A stretch of DNA of 64,000 nt from Hemiscyllium ocellatum (taxonomy: Eukaryota). The position numbers were made by a program, and so were the translations under genes. The stretch covers positions 63,984,001 through 64,048,000 of the forward strand of contig NC_083417.1 in assembly GCF_020745735.1 (NCBI RefSeq). The letters run 5' to 3'. Positions within the stretch are counted from its first letter, which is position 1. Each line of letters opens with the position of its first letter. Of this stretch, positions 1 to 12,725 are shown one piece after another. The notes beneath the pieces are model-generated. The model saw nothing but the letters and a program-made list of their open reading frames with translations. It searched no databases and was not told the DNA's origin.

Positions 1-1530
1 AAGAATACAGAGGGGGTTAAAAAGAGTGGAAGAGTTGCATTACTGGTCAGAGAGGACGTCAAAGCTGTGCTGAAGGAGGACACTGTGGAGGACTCGAGCA
101 GTGAGGCAATATGGATAGAGTTCAGAAATTGGAAGAGTGCACTAACAATTTTGGGGTTGTACTCCAGGCCTCCCAACAGTGAAGATGAGATAGAGGTACA
201 AATATGTAAACAGATTATGGAAAGATGTAGGAGCAACAGGGTGGAGGTGATAGGAGATTTTAATTTTCCCAACATTGACTGTGGTCCACTTAGTGTTAGA
301 GGTGTAGATTGAGCAGAATTTATAAGAAGCATCCAACTTAATAGACTTCTTCAAGGAAGTGACCAAGTTGTTGTATGAAGGAAGGGCTGTTGATGTCATA
401 TACATAGACTTCCGTAAGGCATTTGATAAGGTTCCCCGTTGTAGACTAATCGACAAAGTGAAGTCACATGGTGTGCAGAGTGTTCTAGCTAGGTGGATAA
501 AGATCTGGTTGAGCAACAGGAGAAAGGGAATAGTAGCTGAAGGGAGTTTCTTGAAATGGAGAAAGGTGACCAGTAGTGTTCCACAGGGGTCTGTATTGGG
601 GCCACTGTTGTTTGTGATATACATAAATGATCTAGAAGATGGCACTGTTGGTATGATCAGCAAGCTTGCAGATGACTCAACGTTGGTGGAGTAGCAGAAA
701 GCATAAGGAACTGTCAGGGAGTACAGGAAGATATAGATAGACTGGAGAGTTGGGCGGAAAAGTGGTAGATGGCTTTCAATCAAGAACCTTTTGTGAGGCA
801 AGTCTAATTCTTGAATGGAAGAGCCTTGGGAAAAGTTGATGGGCAGAGAGATCTGGGAGTGCAGGTCCATTGTACCCTGAAGGTGGTTGCACAGGTGGAT
901 AGAGTGGTCAAGAGGACATATAGTGCGCTTGCCTTCATTGGACGGGGTATTGAGTATAAGAGCTGGCAAGTCATGTTAAAATTGTACAAGACATCGATTT
1001 GGCCATATTTCGAATACTGTGTACAGTTCTGGTCGCCACATTACGAAAAGGATGTGGACGCTGTGGAGAGGGTGCAGAGAAGGTTTATGAGGATGTTGCC
1101 TTGTATGGATGGTGCTAGCTATGAAGAGAGGTTGAGTAAGTTAGTTTATTTTCACTAGAAAAAAAGGAGATTTGGGGGAGATCTGATTGAGGTTCATAAA
1201 ATCATGAAGGGCATAAACAGGGTGGATAGAGACAAGCTTTTTCCCAGGGGGGAGGATTCAATAATAGAATGTCATGCTTTCAAGGTGAGAGATGGAAGAT
1301 TTAAGGGGGATACAAGTGGCAAGTACTTCACACAGAGAGTGGTGGGCGTTTGGAACATGTTGCCAGCAGAGGTGGTAGAGGCAGGCATGGTAGATTCATT
1401 TAAGATGCGTCTGGACAGTTGTATGAGTATGTGGGGAGCAGAGGGATACAAATGCTTAGAAATTTACCGTCAGGTTTAGACAGAACATTTGGATCTGCTC
1501 AGGCTTGGAGGGCCAAAGGGGCAGTTCCTG
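1..1530 (+). mobile_element. CR1-clade LINE, decayed ORF2 (APE endonuclease fragment joined to RT and 3' UTR)
   Basis: ORFs 67-312 (YSRPPNS...GDFNFPNIDW-like endonuclease), 359-694 ([37 protein letters not shown]) and 811-1158 (EYCVQFWSPH..VQRRF) are CR1 motifs broken by stops and frameshifts; CR1 3' tail near 1480-1530. Confidence 0.95.
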
Positions 1531-4160
1531 AGGGTTTTCTAAAGCAGTTTGTAAATAGCCCAACTCGGGAAGGGGCACACTAGACCTATGTGATGGGAAT
1601 GAGCCTGACAAGGTGGTTGAAATTTCAGTAAGGGTTTAATTTGGGAACAGTGATCACAATTCCGTAAGTTTTAGAATACTCATGGACAAAGGCGAGACTG
1701 GTCCCAAAGGAAGTGTGCTATGTTGCAGTAAGGCCAACTATACCATAATTCTGCAGGAGCTGGGAGATGTAGATTGGAAGCAGCTGTTTGAAGGTAAATC
1801 CACATTTGGTATGTGGCAGAATTCTAAAGAAAGGTTGTTTAAAGTACAGGAGACACATTTCCCTTGAAATTGAGGGATAGAAATGACAAGAGTAGGGAAC
1901 CATGGATGACAGGTGAAATTGTGAGACTAGCAAAGACAAAACAGGAAGCATACATAAGGTCTAGATGATTAAAGTCGGACGAAGCTTTGAAAGGGTATTG
2001 GGAATGTAGGAACAATCTGAAATTAGGTATTAAGAGTGCTAAATAGGGGCATGAGATATATTTAGCAAATTGGGTTAAGGAAAATCCCAAAGCCTTTTAT
2101 TCATATATAAGGACCAAGAGGGTAACTAGAGAAAGGGTTGGTTCTCTCAAGGACAAAGGAGAAAGGTTATGTGCGGAGTCTGGTAAAATTGGTGAGATTC
2201 TTAATGAGTACTTTGCATCAGCATTCACAGAGGTGAGGAACATGACAGATGTTGAGGTTAGGCATAGATTTTTGATTACTCCAGGTCAAGTCAGTATAAG
2301 AGGGAGGAAATGTTGGGTATTCTAAAATGCATTAAGGTGGACAAGTCCCCAGGTCCAGATGGGATCTATCTCAGGTTCTGGAGGGAAGTGAAATGCAAAC
2401 AGTTGGGCCTAAATAGATATCTTTGCAGCATCCTTGAACATGGGTGAGATATTGGACGACTGGAGAATTGCTATTGTTGTCCCCTTGTGTAAGAAGCATA
2501 ACAGAGACAATCCAGATAATTATAAATCAGTGAGCCTGACATTAATGATAGGAAAGCTGCTGGAGAAAATACTAAGGGATAGGATTCATTCCCTTTTGGA
2601 AGAAAATGGGCTTATCAGTGATAGGCAACATTGTTTTGTATTTGGAACATCATATCTTACTTACTTTATAGAATTCTTTGAGGAAGTAACAAAGTTGATT
2701 GATGATGGAAGGGCTGTAGCTATTATGTATATGGACTTCAGTAAGGCATTTGATAAGGTTCCCCATAGTAGGCTGATGGAGAAAGTGAAAACGCATGTGG
2801 TTCAGGGTGTACTAGCTAAATGGATGAAGAACTGGCTGGGAAACAGTAGAAACAGAGTAGTAATGGAGGGGAGTTTCTCAAAATGGAGAACTGTAACCAG
2901 TGGTGTTCCGCAGGAATTCATGCTGGGACCACTGTTGTTGGTGATATACACAAAATGATCTGGAGGAAGATACAGGTATTCTGGTGAGCAAATTTGCACA
3001 TGACATTTAGATTGGTGGAGCAGCAGATAGTTAAAGGCATCGCCTGAGAATGCAGCAGAGTGTATAAATTGGAGAGTTGTGTGGAGAAATGGCAGTTGGA
3101 GTTCAATCCGGGCAAATGCAAGGTGATGCATTTTTGAAGATCCAATTCAAACACAAACTATACTGGAAATGGAAAAGTGCTGGGAAAAATTGATGTACAG
3201 AGAGATCTATTTGTTCAGGTCCTCTGTATCCTGAAGGTGGCAATGCAGTTCAATAGAGTGGTCAAGAAGGCATACAGTATGTTTTCCTTCATTGGACGGG
3301 GTATTGAGTACAACTGTTGGCAGATCATATTACAATTGTGAATGACTTTGGTTTGGCCACATCTAACCGATCACATTCTGGTCCAAAAGGATATAGATGC
3401 TTTGGAGAGGAAGCACACTATGATTTGATTTGATTACTTACAGTGTGGAAACAGGCCATTCAGCCCAACATGTCCACACCGACCCTCCGAAGAGCAACCC
3501 ACCCAGACCCATTTCCCTACACCCAACACTATGGGCAATTTTAGCATGGTCAATTCACCTAACCTGCACATCTTTGGACTGTGGGAGGAAACCCACGCAG
3601 ACATGGGGAGAATGTGCAAACTCCACACAGACCGTTGCCCGAGGTGCGAATTGAACCCAGGTCCATGGCACTATGAGGCAGCAGTGCTAACCACTGAGCC
3701 ACTGTGCTGCCCATGCCATTGCGCTGCCATGTTGCCTGGTATGGAGAACACTAGATATGAAGAGTGCTTGAGTAGATAGTATTATTTTCATTAGAAAGAC
3801 GGAGGTCGAGGGGACCTGATTGAGGTCTACACAATCATGAGATGGAGAGTCAGAGTGGATAGCAAGAAGCTTTTTCCCAGAGTGGTGGACTCAATTACTA
3901 AGGGTCATGATTAAAAATGCAGGGGAAATATTTAGGAAGATATGCTTGGAAAGTTCTTTACATAGATGGTGATGAGTGACTGGAACATTTGCTAGCAGAA
4001 GTGGTAGGGGCAGCCATAGTACCATCATTTAAAATGTGCCTAGATAAATGAATATGCAGAGAGCAGGGGGATACAGATCCTTAGAAAGTAGGCAACAGGT
4101 TTAGTTAGAGGATCTGGATCAAACTTGGAGGGCTGAAAGACCTGTTCCTGTGCTGTAATT
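1531..4160 (+). mobile_element. CR1-clade LINE, decayed ORF2 to 3' end, interrupted by an HE1 SINE
   Basis: ORF 2434-2958 (DNYKSVSLT, MDFSKAFDKVPH, GVPQEFMLGPLL); RT C-terminus resumes after 3715; tail GGGCTGAAAGACCTGTTCCTGTGCTGTAATTTTCTTT at about 4130-4165. Confidence 0.93.
3421..3712 (-). mobile_element. HE1-type tRNA-derived V-SINE nested in CR1
   Basis: Reverse complement reads GGGCAGCACAGTGGCTCAGTGGTTAGCACTGCTGCCTCA (A box), GGTTCAATTC (B box), V-domain-like core and CR1-like tail ending in (ATCAA)n. Confidence 0.93.
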
Positions 4161-4221
4161 TTCTTTGGTCTTTGTCTCTTTGCATGTCTAATTGTCATAC
4201 AGATCCCATTGGCGTCCACCT

Positions 4222-4350
4222 GGGAGAAAGTGAGGGCTGCAGGTGCTGGAGACCAGGGTCAGAAAGTCTGATGCTGGAAAAGCACATCCGGTGAGGCAGC
4301 ATAGGAATCATTCCTGATGAAGAGCTTATGCTCGAAACGTCGATTCTCTT
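4222..4350. mobile_element. Penelope-like (family A) terminal hairpin remnant
   Basis: GAGAAAGTGAGGGCTGCAGGTGCTGGAGA... antisense arm followed by a sense-strand hammerhead segment; the same repeat occurs at 26.5, 35.6, 47.6, 50.1 and 61.3 kb. Confidence 0.8.
4314..4341 (+). ncRNA. Minimal hammerhead ribozyme core (PLE-associated)
   Basis: CTGATGA-A-GAGC-TTAT-GCTC-GAAAC-GTC: core nucleotides and stem II intact; stem I pairs only 2 bp. Confidence 0.65.
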
Positions 4351-4454
4351 GATGGACTGGGCTTTTACTTTTTAACTCTGCGATCCGCTTATCGAAGACC
4401 ACGCCCTAATTTCGGCAATATGTACTGCCTTTCCCAGTTCCTATGACTCATAAA

Positions 4455-4545
4455 GAACGATCAGTGGATCCGAAACTTTAATTCTGCTTTCTTTCCAAAG
4501 ATGCTGCCAGATCCGCAGAGTTTCTTCAGCTATTTCCGCGTTTGT
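4455..4545 (+). mobile_element. Old Penelope-like 3' tail fragment
   Basis: GGATCCGAAACTTTAATTCTGCTTTCTTTCCAAAGATGCTGCCAGATCCGCAGAGTTTCTTCAGC resembles the tails at 34.1 and 41.5 kb. Confidence 0.6.
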
Positions 4546-4859
4546 TCGGGCAGTTACTTTCTTTGTTTTGTCATTGACGTTCGTCATAATCATTAATCCG
4601 TAGCTTAACCAATTTGTTCGCTCTTGCTTGTGGTATTCGTTAGATTTATTTTCTTGCAAACGAGTGGCCAGAACTCTTATACATGTTTGAATTGGAAAGC
4701 CCGGCATTTTCTACATGTTGGTAGCAGCTGACATCTCTTTCTCGACTTCAGTTTAGGTTACAGCGGCATCTTCTGGTCAATTTGAATTCCTAACGTTTGC
4801 AAATTCTACTCCAATCTTCTGCAGCCTGTCAGAATTCTCAGACTGGGCATCCAAGTGGT

Positions 4860-5050
4860 TCAAAGAGAGATAGAGTCACAGAGATGTATAGCACGGAAAC
4901 AAACTCTTTAGTTCAACTCGTCTATGCTGACCAGTCATCCTAAATTAATCTAGTCTTGTTTGCCAGCCCTACGTATTCATACATCCATCCAGATGCCTTT
5001 TAAATATTGGAATTGTACCAGCTCCCACCATTTCCTCTGGCAGTTCATTC
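4860..5050 (-). mobile_element. CR1 3' end fragment
   Basis: Reverse complement of the CR1 tail (GAATGAACTGCCAGAGGAAATGGTGGGAGCTGGTACAATT...GACTCTAT). Confidence 0.85.
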
Positions 5051-5824
5051 TGTCGAAATGATTTAATGTGGAGATATCATTTTCTGAATAGTACAGGTGT
5101 AATTTTGAACAGAATGGATATGAATAAAAAACAGAAAATATAATTAAAGTATCTATGGGAGGTTTTAATGTAATCAAAGTAATATTTGTTGCAATACTAC
5201 AAAGTATGCTAATATACGAGGAAATGTGATCAATGAAGGCTGAGCATTGCTGAATCACGAAGAATTAGAATTTCAATGATCTGTCGACATCACGGGTAAA
5301 GACATATTTACATTCTGAGCTAGTTCTGGAAAACAGGTTCACCAGCTTTATATCGATTCTATAAATACTACTCAAGTACATAGATGTACAACAAAACTGA
5401 CCCACGCACCTTCGGTTTTTAGCTGTTTGACGGTGATGATCCAGATATGGTAGAGTAATGTTATTCATTGGTAGCGTCAAACACATAACAGCGAATTCCA
5501 GCCAGTGTCATACCGCGCCTGAAATGTCTTCAGGAAAAGGTAAATCCAGAATCAAGTGTTAAACACATTTCGAAATTCCGTTTCAATCACCCAAATTCGG
5601 GGGAAATAGTTTTAAAGAATAGTCAAACTGTTTGGTCGTGATTAAGATGAAGTCTCCCTGGGAACAATATTTCTTCCGACTTCAATCTGTATTTCCGAGG
5701 TTAGCAAAGCTGTTGAGGTGCTTTTTCCTTGTCTTAGCAGTATGTTTGAGTCTTAGTATCAGTGAATGATTAGAATAGTAATTCGGGTTCAGTAATATTG
5801 TTATTAGACATATGGCTGGAAAAA

Positions 5825-6140
5825 TCATAAAGTCATTAGAGTCATACAGCTCGGAAACGGATACTTTAGTCCAATCAGTCCATGCTGAACATAACTCTAA
5901 ACTGAACTAATCCCTCTGCTTACTCCTCGTCTATATATCTCTAAACTATTCTTAATCATGTATTTATCCAAATGTTTTTCAGGTTGTAACTGTACCCATA
6001 ATCCACCACTTCCTCAAGAAGTTCATTCCACACACTTAACCATGCTCTGTGTGAACAAAAAACTTGCCCTCCATGTATTTTTTAAATCTTCCTCCTCCCA
6101 CCTTAAAAATGTGCCTCCGAGTTTTGAAATCCCCCATCCT
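5825..6140 (-). mobile_element. CR1 3' end fragment
   Basis: ORF 6036-6236(-) contains RRHIFKVGGGRFKKYMEGKFF; tail GACTCTAATGACTT. Confidence 0.85.
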
Positions 6141-6755
6141 AGAGAAAAGACACCTGTCAATAACGCTCAATATTTTGCTTTTTTCCTGACAGTGTTCGGA
6201 ACCCCAGCTCCTGCAACAAAAAGTAATTGTTGCCACATCACCTCAAAGCCATAGACTATTGTGATCTGGCAACAGATTGGTTTGAAAGTGAATGTGTTTT
6301 AACAGCTGTTCAGGACTTGCTGCAAAGCACAATTTTTCAGATGCAGTTACACAGAAACCGAACGAATTTCTCATTTGGGTCTGAAGTGCTCTTGTATTTT
6401 GAAAAGCAGAATGTGTTGCTATTAAAAACATTCAGATGACCTTGAATGGAGGAAGTTCTCAATGCAATAGAACTCTCTGTACCATTGGTAGATTTGTACA
6501 GCTTTTTTAAAACGTCGATGTAATACACAATTGCTGTGCCACTGCCAGAAGTAACTGCGTAAAAAATCATCACTTGTTTATAAAACATCTTTGAATGTCT
6601 TGGAATTTGGAAAGGCACGACTGAAAGCTCGATTTATTTTTTGATTAGTCTGCTGCGTAAGCCTCAATTTTTTGTCTTTCACAAAAGAGCAAATATTCTA
6701 ACTATCCTGTTAAATTAGTAAATGGTCATAAATGACAAAACAAAACTTAATGAAG

Positions 6756-7057
6756 ATTTGATTACCTATAGTGTGGAAACAAGATCTTTGGCAAAACAAG
6801 TCCACGCCGACACTCCAAAGAGTAACCTACCCGCTCTGACTAATGCACCTGACATGATGGACAATTTAGCATGGCCAATTTACGTGACTTGCGAGATTTC
6901 AGAACGTGGGAGGAAACGAGTGCACCCGAGGGAAACCCAGACAGACACGGGGAGAATGTATAAACTCTACACAAATAGTCACCCAAGGTTGCAACTGAAC
7001 ACGGGAGCGTGGCATTGTGAGGCAACAGTGCTTATCACTGAGCTACTGTGCAGCCCC
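6756..7057 (-). mobile_element. Diverged HE1-type SINE
   Basis: Collinear with the SINE copies at 3421 and 15561. Confidence 0.88.
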
Positions 7058-7069
7058 ATGGAGCTATGG

Positions 7070-8030
7070 CTGATTGGGGTGCTGGGTCCACTGCTTTTTG
7101 TCATTTATATAAATGATTTGTATGTGAACATAGGAGGCATAGTTAGTGGGTTTGCAGAATGAACCAAAATTTATGATGTGTTGGAGAGCTAAGAAGGTTA
7201 TCTCAAATGATCAGGAGGGCCGATGGGCCAAGGAATGGTAGATGGTGTTTACGTTAGATAAAAGTGAGGTGCTGCAATTTGGAAATACAAATTAGGGCAG
7301 GACGTATGTACTTAATGGTAAGGGTCCTGAAGAATGTTGCTAAACAAAGAGACCTTGGAGTGCGGTTTCATAGTTCTTTGAAAGTGGAGTTGCAGGTATA
7401 CAGATTAGTGAAGAAAGTGTTTGGCATGCTTGCCTTTACTGGTCAGTGCACTGAGTATAGAAGCTGGGAGGTCATGTTGCAGTTGTACAGGACATTAATT
7501 AGGACATCCTTTTGAAATATTTCATTCAGTTCTGGTTTCCCTGATAAAGGAAGGATGTTGTGAAACTTGAAAGGGTGCACAAAAGATGTGTATAAAGATT
7601 TTGCCAGAGTTGGCGAGTTTGAGCTGTAGGGAAAAGCTGAATTGACTGAGGCAATATTCCCTGGAGCATCGGAGGATGAGGGGTGACCTTATCGAAGTTT
7701 ATAAAATTAAGATGGACATGGATAAGATGAACAGCCAAGGTCATTGTCAAAGGGTATGGGAGTCCAAAACTAGAGGGCATAGTCCAAAACTAAGGTGGAG
7801 GGGAAAGATTTATAGGGGACTAAGAGGCAACATTTTGACACAGAGGGTGGTGCGTGTGTGGAATGAGCTGCCAGAGGAAGTGTGGAGGGTGATAAAATTA
7901 CAATATTTAAAAAACATCTGGATTGGTACATGAATAGGAAGGTTTGAGAGAGATATGGTTCAAATGCTGACAAATGGGACTAGATATCTGATTGGCATGG
8001 GTGATTTGGAAAGAAGTGTCTGTTCCATGC
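7070..8030 (+). mobile_element. CR1 RT and 3' end, 5'-truncated
   Basis: [29 protein letters not shown] and MRGDLIEVYKI motifs, followed by the CR1 tail. Confidence 0.92.
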
Positions 8031-8919
8031 CTCGATGACATCTCAAGGAAGCAGTCAGGAGATCATTGGGGGAACATCAATCAATATTCATCACCTTTGG
8101 GAGACAAAAGACATTGTCTCCCAAATCATATGTCTTTTATACAATTAGCAACAAGTCAAGCCTAGCCGAAGTTAATCAGAATGGAATTGATCATGCTATG
8201 AGTTCTGGCCTGAAAGAGTTGATAAACATCAGCTTTTGGCCATGGAGGCACGAATGAGAAAATGTTTGAAATTATCCTGCTTCCACTGGCAATGGAATGC
8301 CCTCAAGGCATTGGAGAGAGACTGAGAAACCAATGGTCATCCTGTGACTTTAGCTGGACCGAAATACAATAGCAGAATAATACCCTTGAATTCACTGGCC
8401 TGATTTGATACGTATTATTTATACTATAAATTAAATTTCCTGTTTACTGAACAAGATTTTCTCCTGTTTCCTAATTGTTTGCAATCTCAAATGAACGTTC
8501 TGATATTGAGTATAAGACCCCTAAAAAGTGTAAAACTGTACATCCTGATATTATAAAGACAGAATGGGAACATTTGGTTTGTGCAACGAATCATATTGCC
8601 AGGCCAATAATCCCAAGCGGTATCAAGGTGGGGAAGGCTAAAGTTTGTGGACTTTTTGAGAATCAGCCAGTGACTCAGACAATATATATGAATGATTTGG
8701 AGAAGTTGAAAAGCAATTGTAGAAAGAATGAGAGATAAATGGTTTAAATAGGCTGATTCATACTTTATAATTATGAGCAAAACAATCAGTTACTGTAATG
8801 CAATAGCAGAGTGATTCCAACTTGCATGCTGAAATTGTTTTGTTTGAGATGTAGCAACTTAAAACTTGCTGAGCAAAACAAGACCGATGAGAGTCTCCCA
8901 GACTTCAGACTGGAGGCCT

Positions 8920-9080
8920 GCGAGCAGTTTTGTGCTGCAAGGATTGTTGTTGGGTCCATTACATTTTATTATTTACACAGATTATTTGGATGTGAATATA
9001 AAGTAATGATCAGTAAGTCTGCAGGTGACACCGAAATTTCTGCTATAGTGGACAGTGAAAAAGTTTATAGTGGACATTGA
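8920..9080 (+). mobile_element. Old CR1 RT fragment
   Basis: Degenerate [15 protein letters not shown]...ISKSAGDTEISAIVDSE. Confidence 0.7.
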
Positions 9081-9492
9081 AGAAGAACATCTCCTTTTTG
9101 AAAGATTTTGAACTGCTCGGAGCAAAATCAGAAAGCAAAACGTCCATATAACATTAACAAAACCAAACAACTGTGAATGGTGGAATTTAGAAACAAAAAC
9201 AGAAATTTCTGGAAAAATCAGCGATTTACCTGCACTTCACTCAATCAAGTCAATTGTATTCATTGCTCACAATGTCTAACAATGCAGCATATTGGTGGCA
9301 TATAGATAACTCCCATCCATGACTTCATTAAAATGCTCTTTGTTGTTACCACTCAAACAGAATCCACTTCAGGATGCATTTCATTGGAAATCTCACCTGT
9401 CACTATCACTCTGATATTTGCCTTTATTAAAACTGCCTAATCTCCTTTTCTAATTTGTCTATTCTTCGAGAACATTGAATAGCCTTGAATTT

Positions 9493-11310
9493 AAAAACAC
9501 ACAACACCAGGTTATAATCCAAAAGGTTTATTTGCTCCTTCTTCTGGCAGTTTTGGAGAAGGACCATAAGACTCAGAAAGCGTGGCAAAAGGTTACAGTG
9601 TAATGCAACTGAAATGACATCTTGAACACACTTAGATTGCTGTTAAGTCTTTCAACTTTTAGAATGGGTTGCAGGTTTCGGTTCATTAGTATGTAACTCC
9701 CAGAACTTCTTGTAGGTTAAATTCAAAAAATAACTTAAGGTTTTATTTTTCAAAAGGTGACATCTCAGCTCAGACAATGCATTGAAGGTGTAACGTTAGA
9801 GTCTGTCTGTATGCTAATGTTGAGTCAGATTAGTTCTAGCTTATGAGATAGTCGACATTGACCAAGTCACAAGAGTGTTTGCTGCATACATGGCAGATGG
9901 TGTCCCCACATGTAATGGTAGTATCTGTGTCGACATTCTGAAACTTTGGCAGTGGTTGCCATGACAGAATAGTACGTTGTTGTGATCGATGTTGTTCTGA
10001 AAACTGGGCAGTTTGCTATGCACAATGATATGCTTTAGGTTTAGGGGTTGTTTAAGGTGTGAATTGGAGGCAAAAGGGAAGGTTTGGGCAAGATGCTCAT
10101 CCTCATCGATAATGTTTTGCAGGCTGTGAAGAACATGGTGTAGTTTTCCCCCTTCTGGGAACTATTGGACAAGGAAGGGTACCCTGTCAGTTGCATCCCA
10201 TGTCTGTCTCTTGAGGAGGTCATTGCAGTTTCTCACTGTGGCACGTCAGAACTAGCGATCAATGGTTTGAGCATTTGTTCTTATGAGGGTACCCTTGAGC
10301 ACCTTCAGGTATTTGCCATGATTCTCCTCCTCTGAGCAGATCCTGTGTACCCGTCCGGGTTGTCCACAGAGGTTGGTTGTTTTAATAGGGTGAATAGCTT
10401 CTAGGGTGGAAGCTAGAGATGTGTAACATCGTGAGGCTATCCATTAGGTTGCAGTAGAATGAGATGCTGAAGTTCCCACCTTCGGTGGTGGGATGAAACC
10501 CGTCGATATCACTGTGTAGTCGTTTCAGTGATACCTTGTCATGGGTCCAGAAGATGTCATTATCGTATCAGTCAATGGGACGCAGTCTGGCTATGTCAAA
10601 AGCAACTTGAAATCCATTGTACATGGGACTCCAGCTCCAATTGCAACTCTACAGATTTGTAAAAGAAAATCAGTACCCACAGATTAGTGGAACTGGGAGC
10701 TTTGTGAGAGTGTGTCACATGCACACAGTCACTTCTCTCTCTCTCTCTCTCTCTCTCTCACTCGCTCGCTCATGCACGTGCACACACATATAATTCTACA
10801 TGGTGAAGTTGCATTTGCAAAATTATATTTGCAGATACTTTCCATTTTGCTCAAAGAATGCACAAATTGCATACAGTCAATAGAGGCAGTCAATCTAGAC
10901 CATACTTTGGAAATGGAACCAGTCTGATTCAAGATTGGGATACAGACACATCTTTATACCTTTAATGAATCGCCTGAGTTGAGATACCACCTTTTAAAAA
11001 AAATTAAGATATCTCGAGAATTTAACTTAAAAGAAGTTCTGGGATTTACTGAAACCTGAAACCATTCTAAAAGATGAAATACTTAAATGCAATCTGGATT
11101 TGTTCAAGATATCATTTTACTTGCATTACAATGTAACCTTTAGTTATAAATTCTGAGTCTTATGGTCTTGCTCCACAATTACCGGATGAAGGAGCAGTGC
11201 CCTGAAAGCAAGTGCTTCCAAATAGTGATAAACCTTTTGGATATAACCTGGTGTTGCATAAGTTTTTTTGAACTTTGTCCACCACAGTCCAATACTGGCT
11301 CCTCCACATC
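9493..11310. mobile_element. Penelope-like (family B) insertion with inverted terminal arms and an antisense GIY-YIG/RT fragment
   Basis: Exact 14-bp TSD ATAGCCTTGAATTT (9479-9492 and 11311-11324); 9495-9840 is an inverted copy of about 10915-11260; the minus strand of 9.85-10.6 kb encodes a degenerate CHGN-C..C / GIY-YIG-proximal region. Confidence 0.85.
10734..10759. repeat. (CT)n microsatellite inside the PLE
   Basis: Direct reading. Confidence 0.95.
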
Positions 11311-11809
11311 ATAGCCTTGAATTTGGTTTTGTCAAAGTTAGACACTCTGCAAGCACGTCCCTGTCATGGATATCAGCTCATTTTATGCTTTCAACTTTTT
11401 TTCTCTTGTTAGTTTAGATTTATGAAAAACCTGTCTGACTGTCAAATTCATCAGCTATCGTAAAGTCATCGTCAGAACTAAATCAGCTACTCATGTGTGA
11501 GTTCAAATTGGAATATGACTTCAAGTTGAAGGTGCATTATCTGCTTTCATTCTATTTGACTTTACCGAGGCATGTTGTCTGTTTTGTTGTCCTCTATCAT
11601 TAATTCCTTGGACAAATTTTTCTTCCTTTTTTTCAAGCTATCTGAAAATTTTTTTTTTCTAGGATTTTTTTTTATTGTGGTCATGAAGCTACTGTCAACG
11701 GATAATATTTTTTAAATTGTCCCAGTTGGCCAGATTATCGCATTCATCGCCACCTGCTGGATATGCTTTGCAAATGGGATTCTTTTTTGGAGCTATGATA
11801 TATGGTCAA

Positions 11810-12045
11810 GATGTCAGACAGTCAGAGACATGGACAGCACAAAAAAGGATCTTTCATTCCAACTCATCCATGCTGCCCAGATATCGTAAATTAATCTATT
11901 TCTATTTGCCAACGTTTGGCAAGTTCCTCCAAATCCTTCCAATTCAAAAATCTATCTAAATGCCTTTTAAATGTTGTAAGGGTACCAGTCTCCACCACTT
12001 GCTCTGGAAGCTCATTCCAGCTATGCATTACCCTCTGCGTGAAAA
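11810..12045 (-). mobile_element. CR1 3' end fragment
   Basis: Reverse complement of the CR1 tail (GGAATGAGCTTCCAGAGCAAGTGGTGGAGACTGGTACC). Confidence 0.85.
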
Positions 12046-12725
12046 ATCAGGTGTTGTTTCTTGTGGTTGTGGGTTTTTGATCGAGCTGGGAAGTTGATTT
12101 GCAAATGTTTCGTCCCCTGTCTCGCTGACATCTTCAGTGTTTTGGAGTCTCCTGTAAAACACTGCTGTATTGTGTCTTCCAGAATTTATTTGATTCCATT
12201 CCTCCCACTTCTGGTTGCTGGTTCCTATCGTTTGTTGACGTGGCCAGTTTATTTTGTCTGGAACTGCGTGTTTTTTGATGGTGTCTGTGAATGAGTGTCA
12301 TGATTCTAGAAATTCTCTGGTTGCCCTCTATTTAGCTTGTTCTATGGTCGTTGTGTTGTCCCAGTCGAATGGGTGGTACTTGTCATCTGTGTGTATGGCT
12401 ACGAGGGACAGTTGTTCAGGCATTTAGTGGCTAGTTGGTGTTCGTGGATGTGGATTGCTAGCTGTCTGCCTGTTTGTGTTAGATATTACTTCATGCAATC
12501 GTTTCATGGAATGTTGTAAATTATGCTAGTCTTGTAGATGATGGGCATTGGGTCTTTTGTTCTGGTGAATTGTTGTCTGAGCGTGTCTGTTAGCTTATAT
12601 GCTGCCATGAATCCAAGTGGTTCGACAAGTCTGGCTATTAGTTCCGTGACATTTTTTATATAAATTAGCGTGGCCAGTATATTTTGTTATGGCATGTCTT
12701 GTCGCATTGTTTGTCTGCTAACGGC
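12046..12725 (-). mobile_element. Penelope-like element, third lineage (Poseidon-like), RT C-terminus and GIY-YIG fragment
   Basis: Minus-strand translation by eye: TLIYIKNVTELIARLVEPLGFMAAY...TRTKDPMPIIYKTSIIYNIP*NDCMK*YLTQTGRQLAIHIHEHQLA, a typical PLE LPY..IYKIPC..YIGQTGR..EH motif. Confidence 0.8.

Noticed and set aside
340-360. Abrupt endonuclease-to-RT junction as a novel fusion
   Set aside because: An ordinary internal deletion or adjacent fragments of decayed CR1.
6337-6618. Minus-strand ORF with SGSGT..VYY, resembling an Ig V domain
   Set aside because: No correctly spaced Cys, Trp or YxC; chance resemblance.
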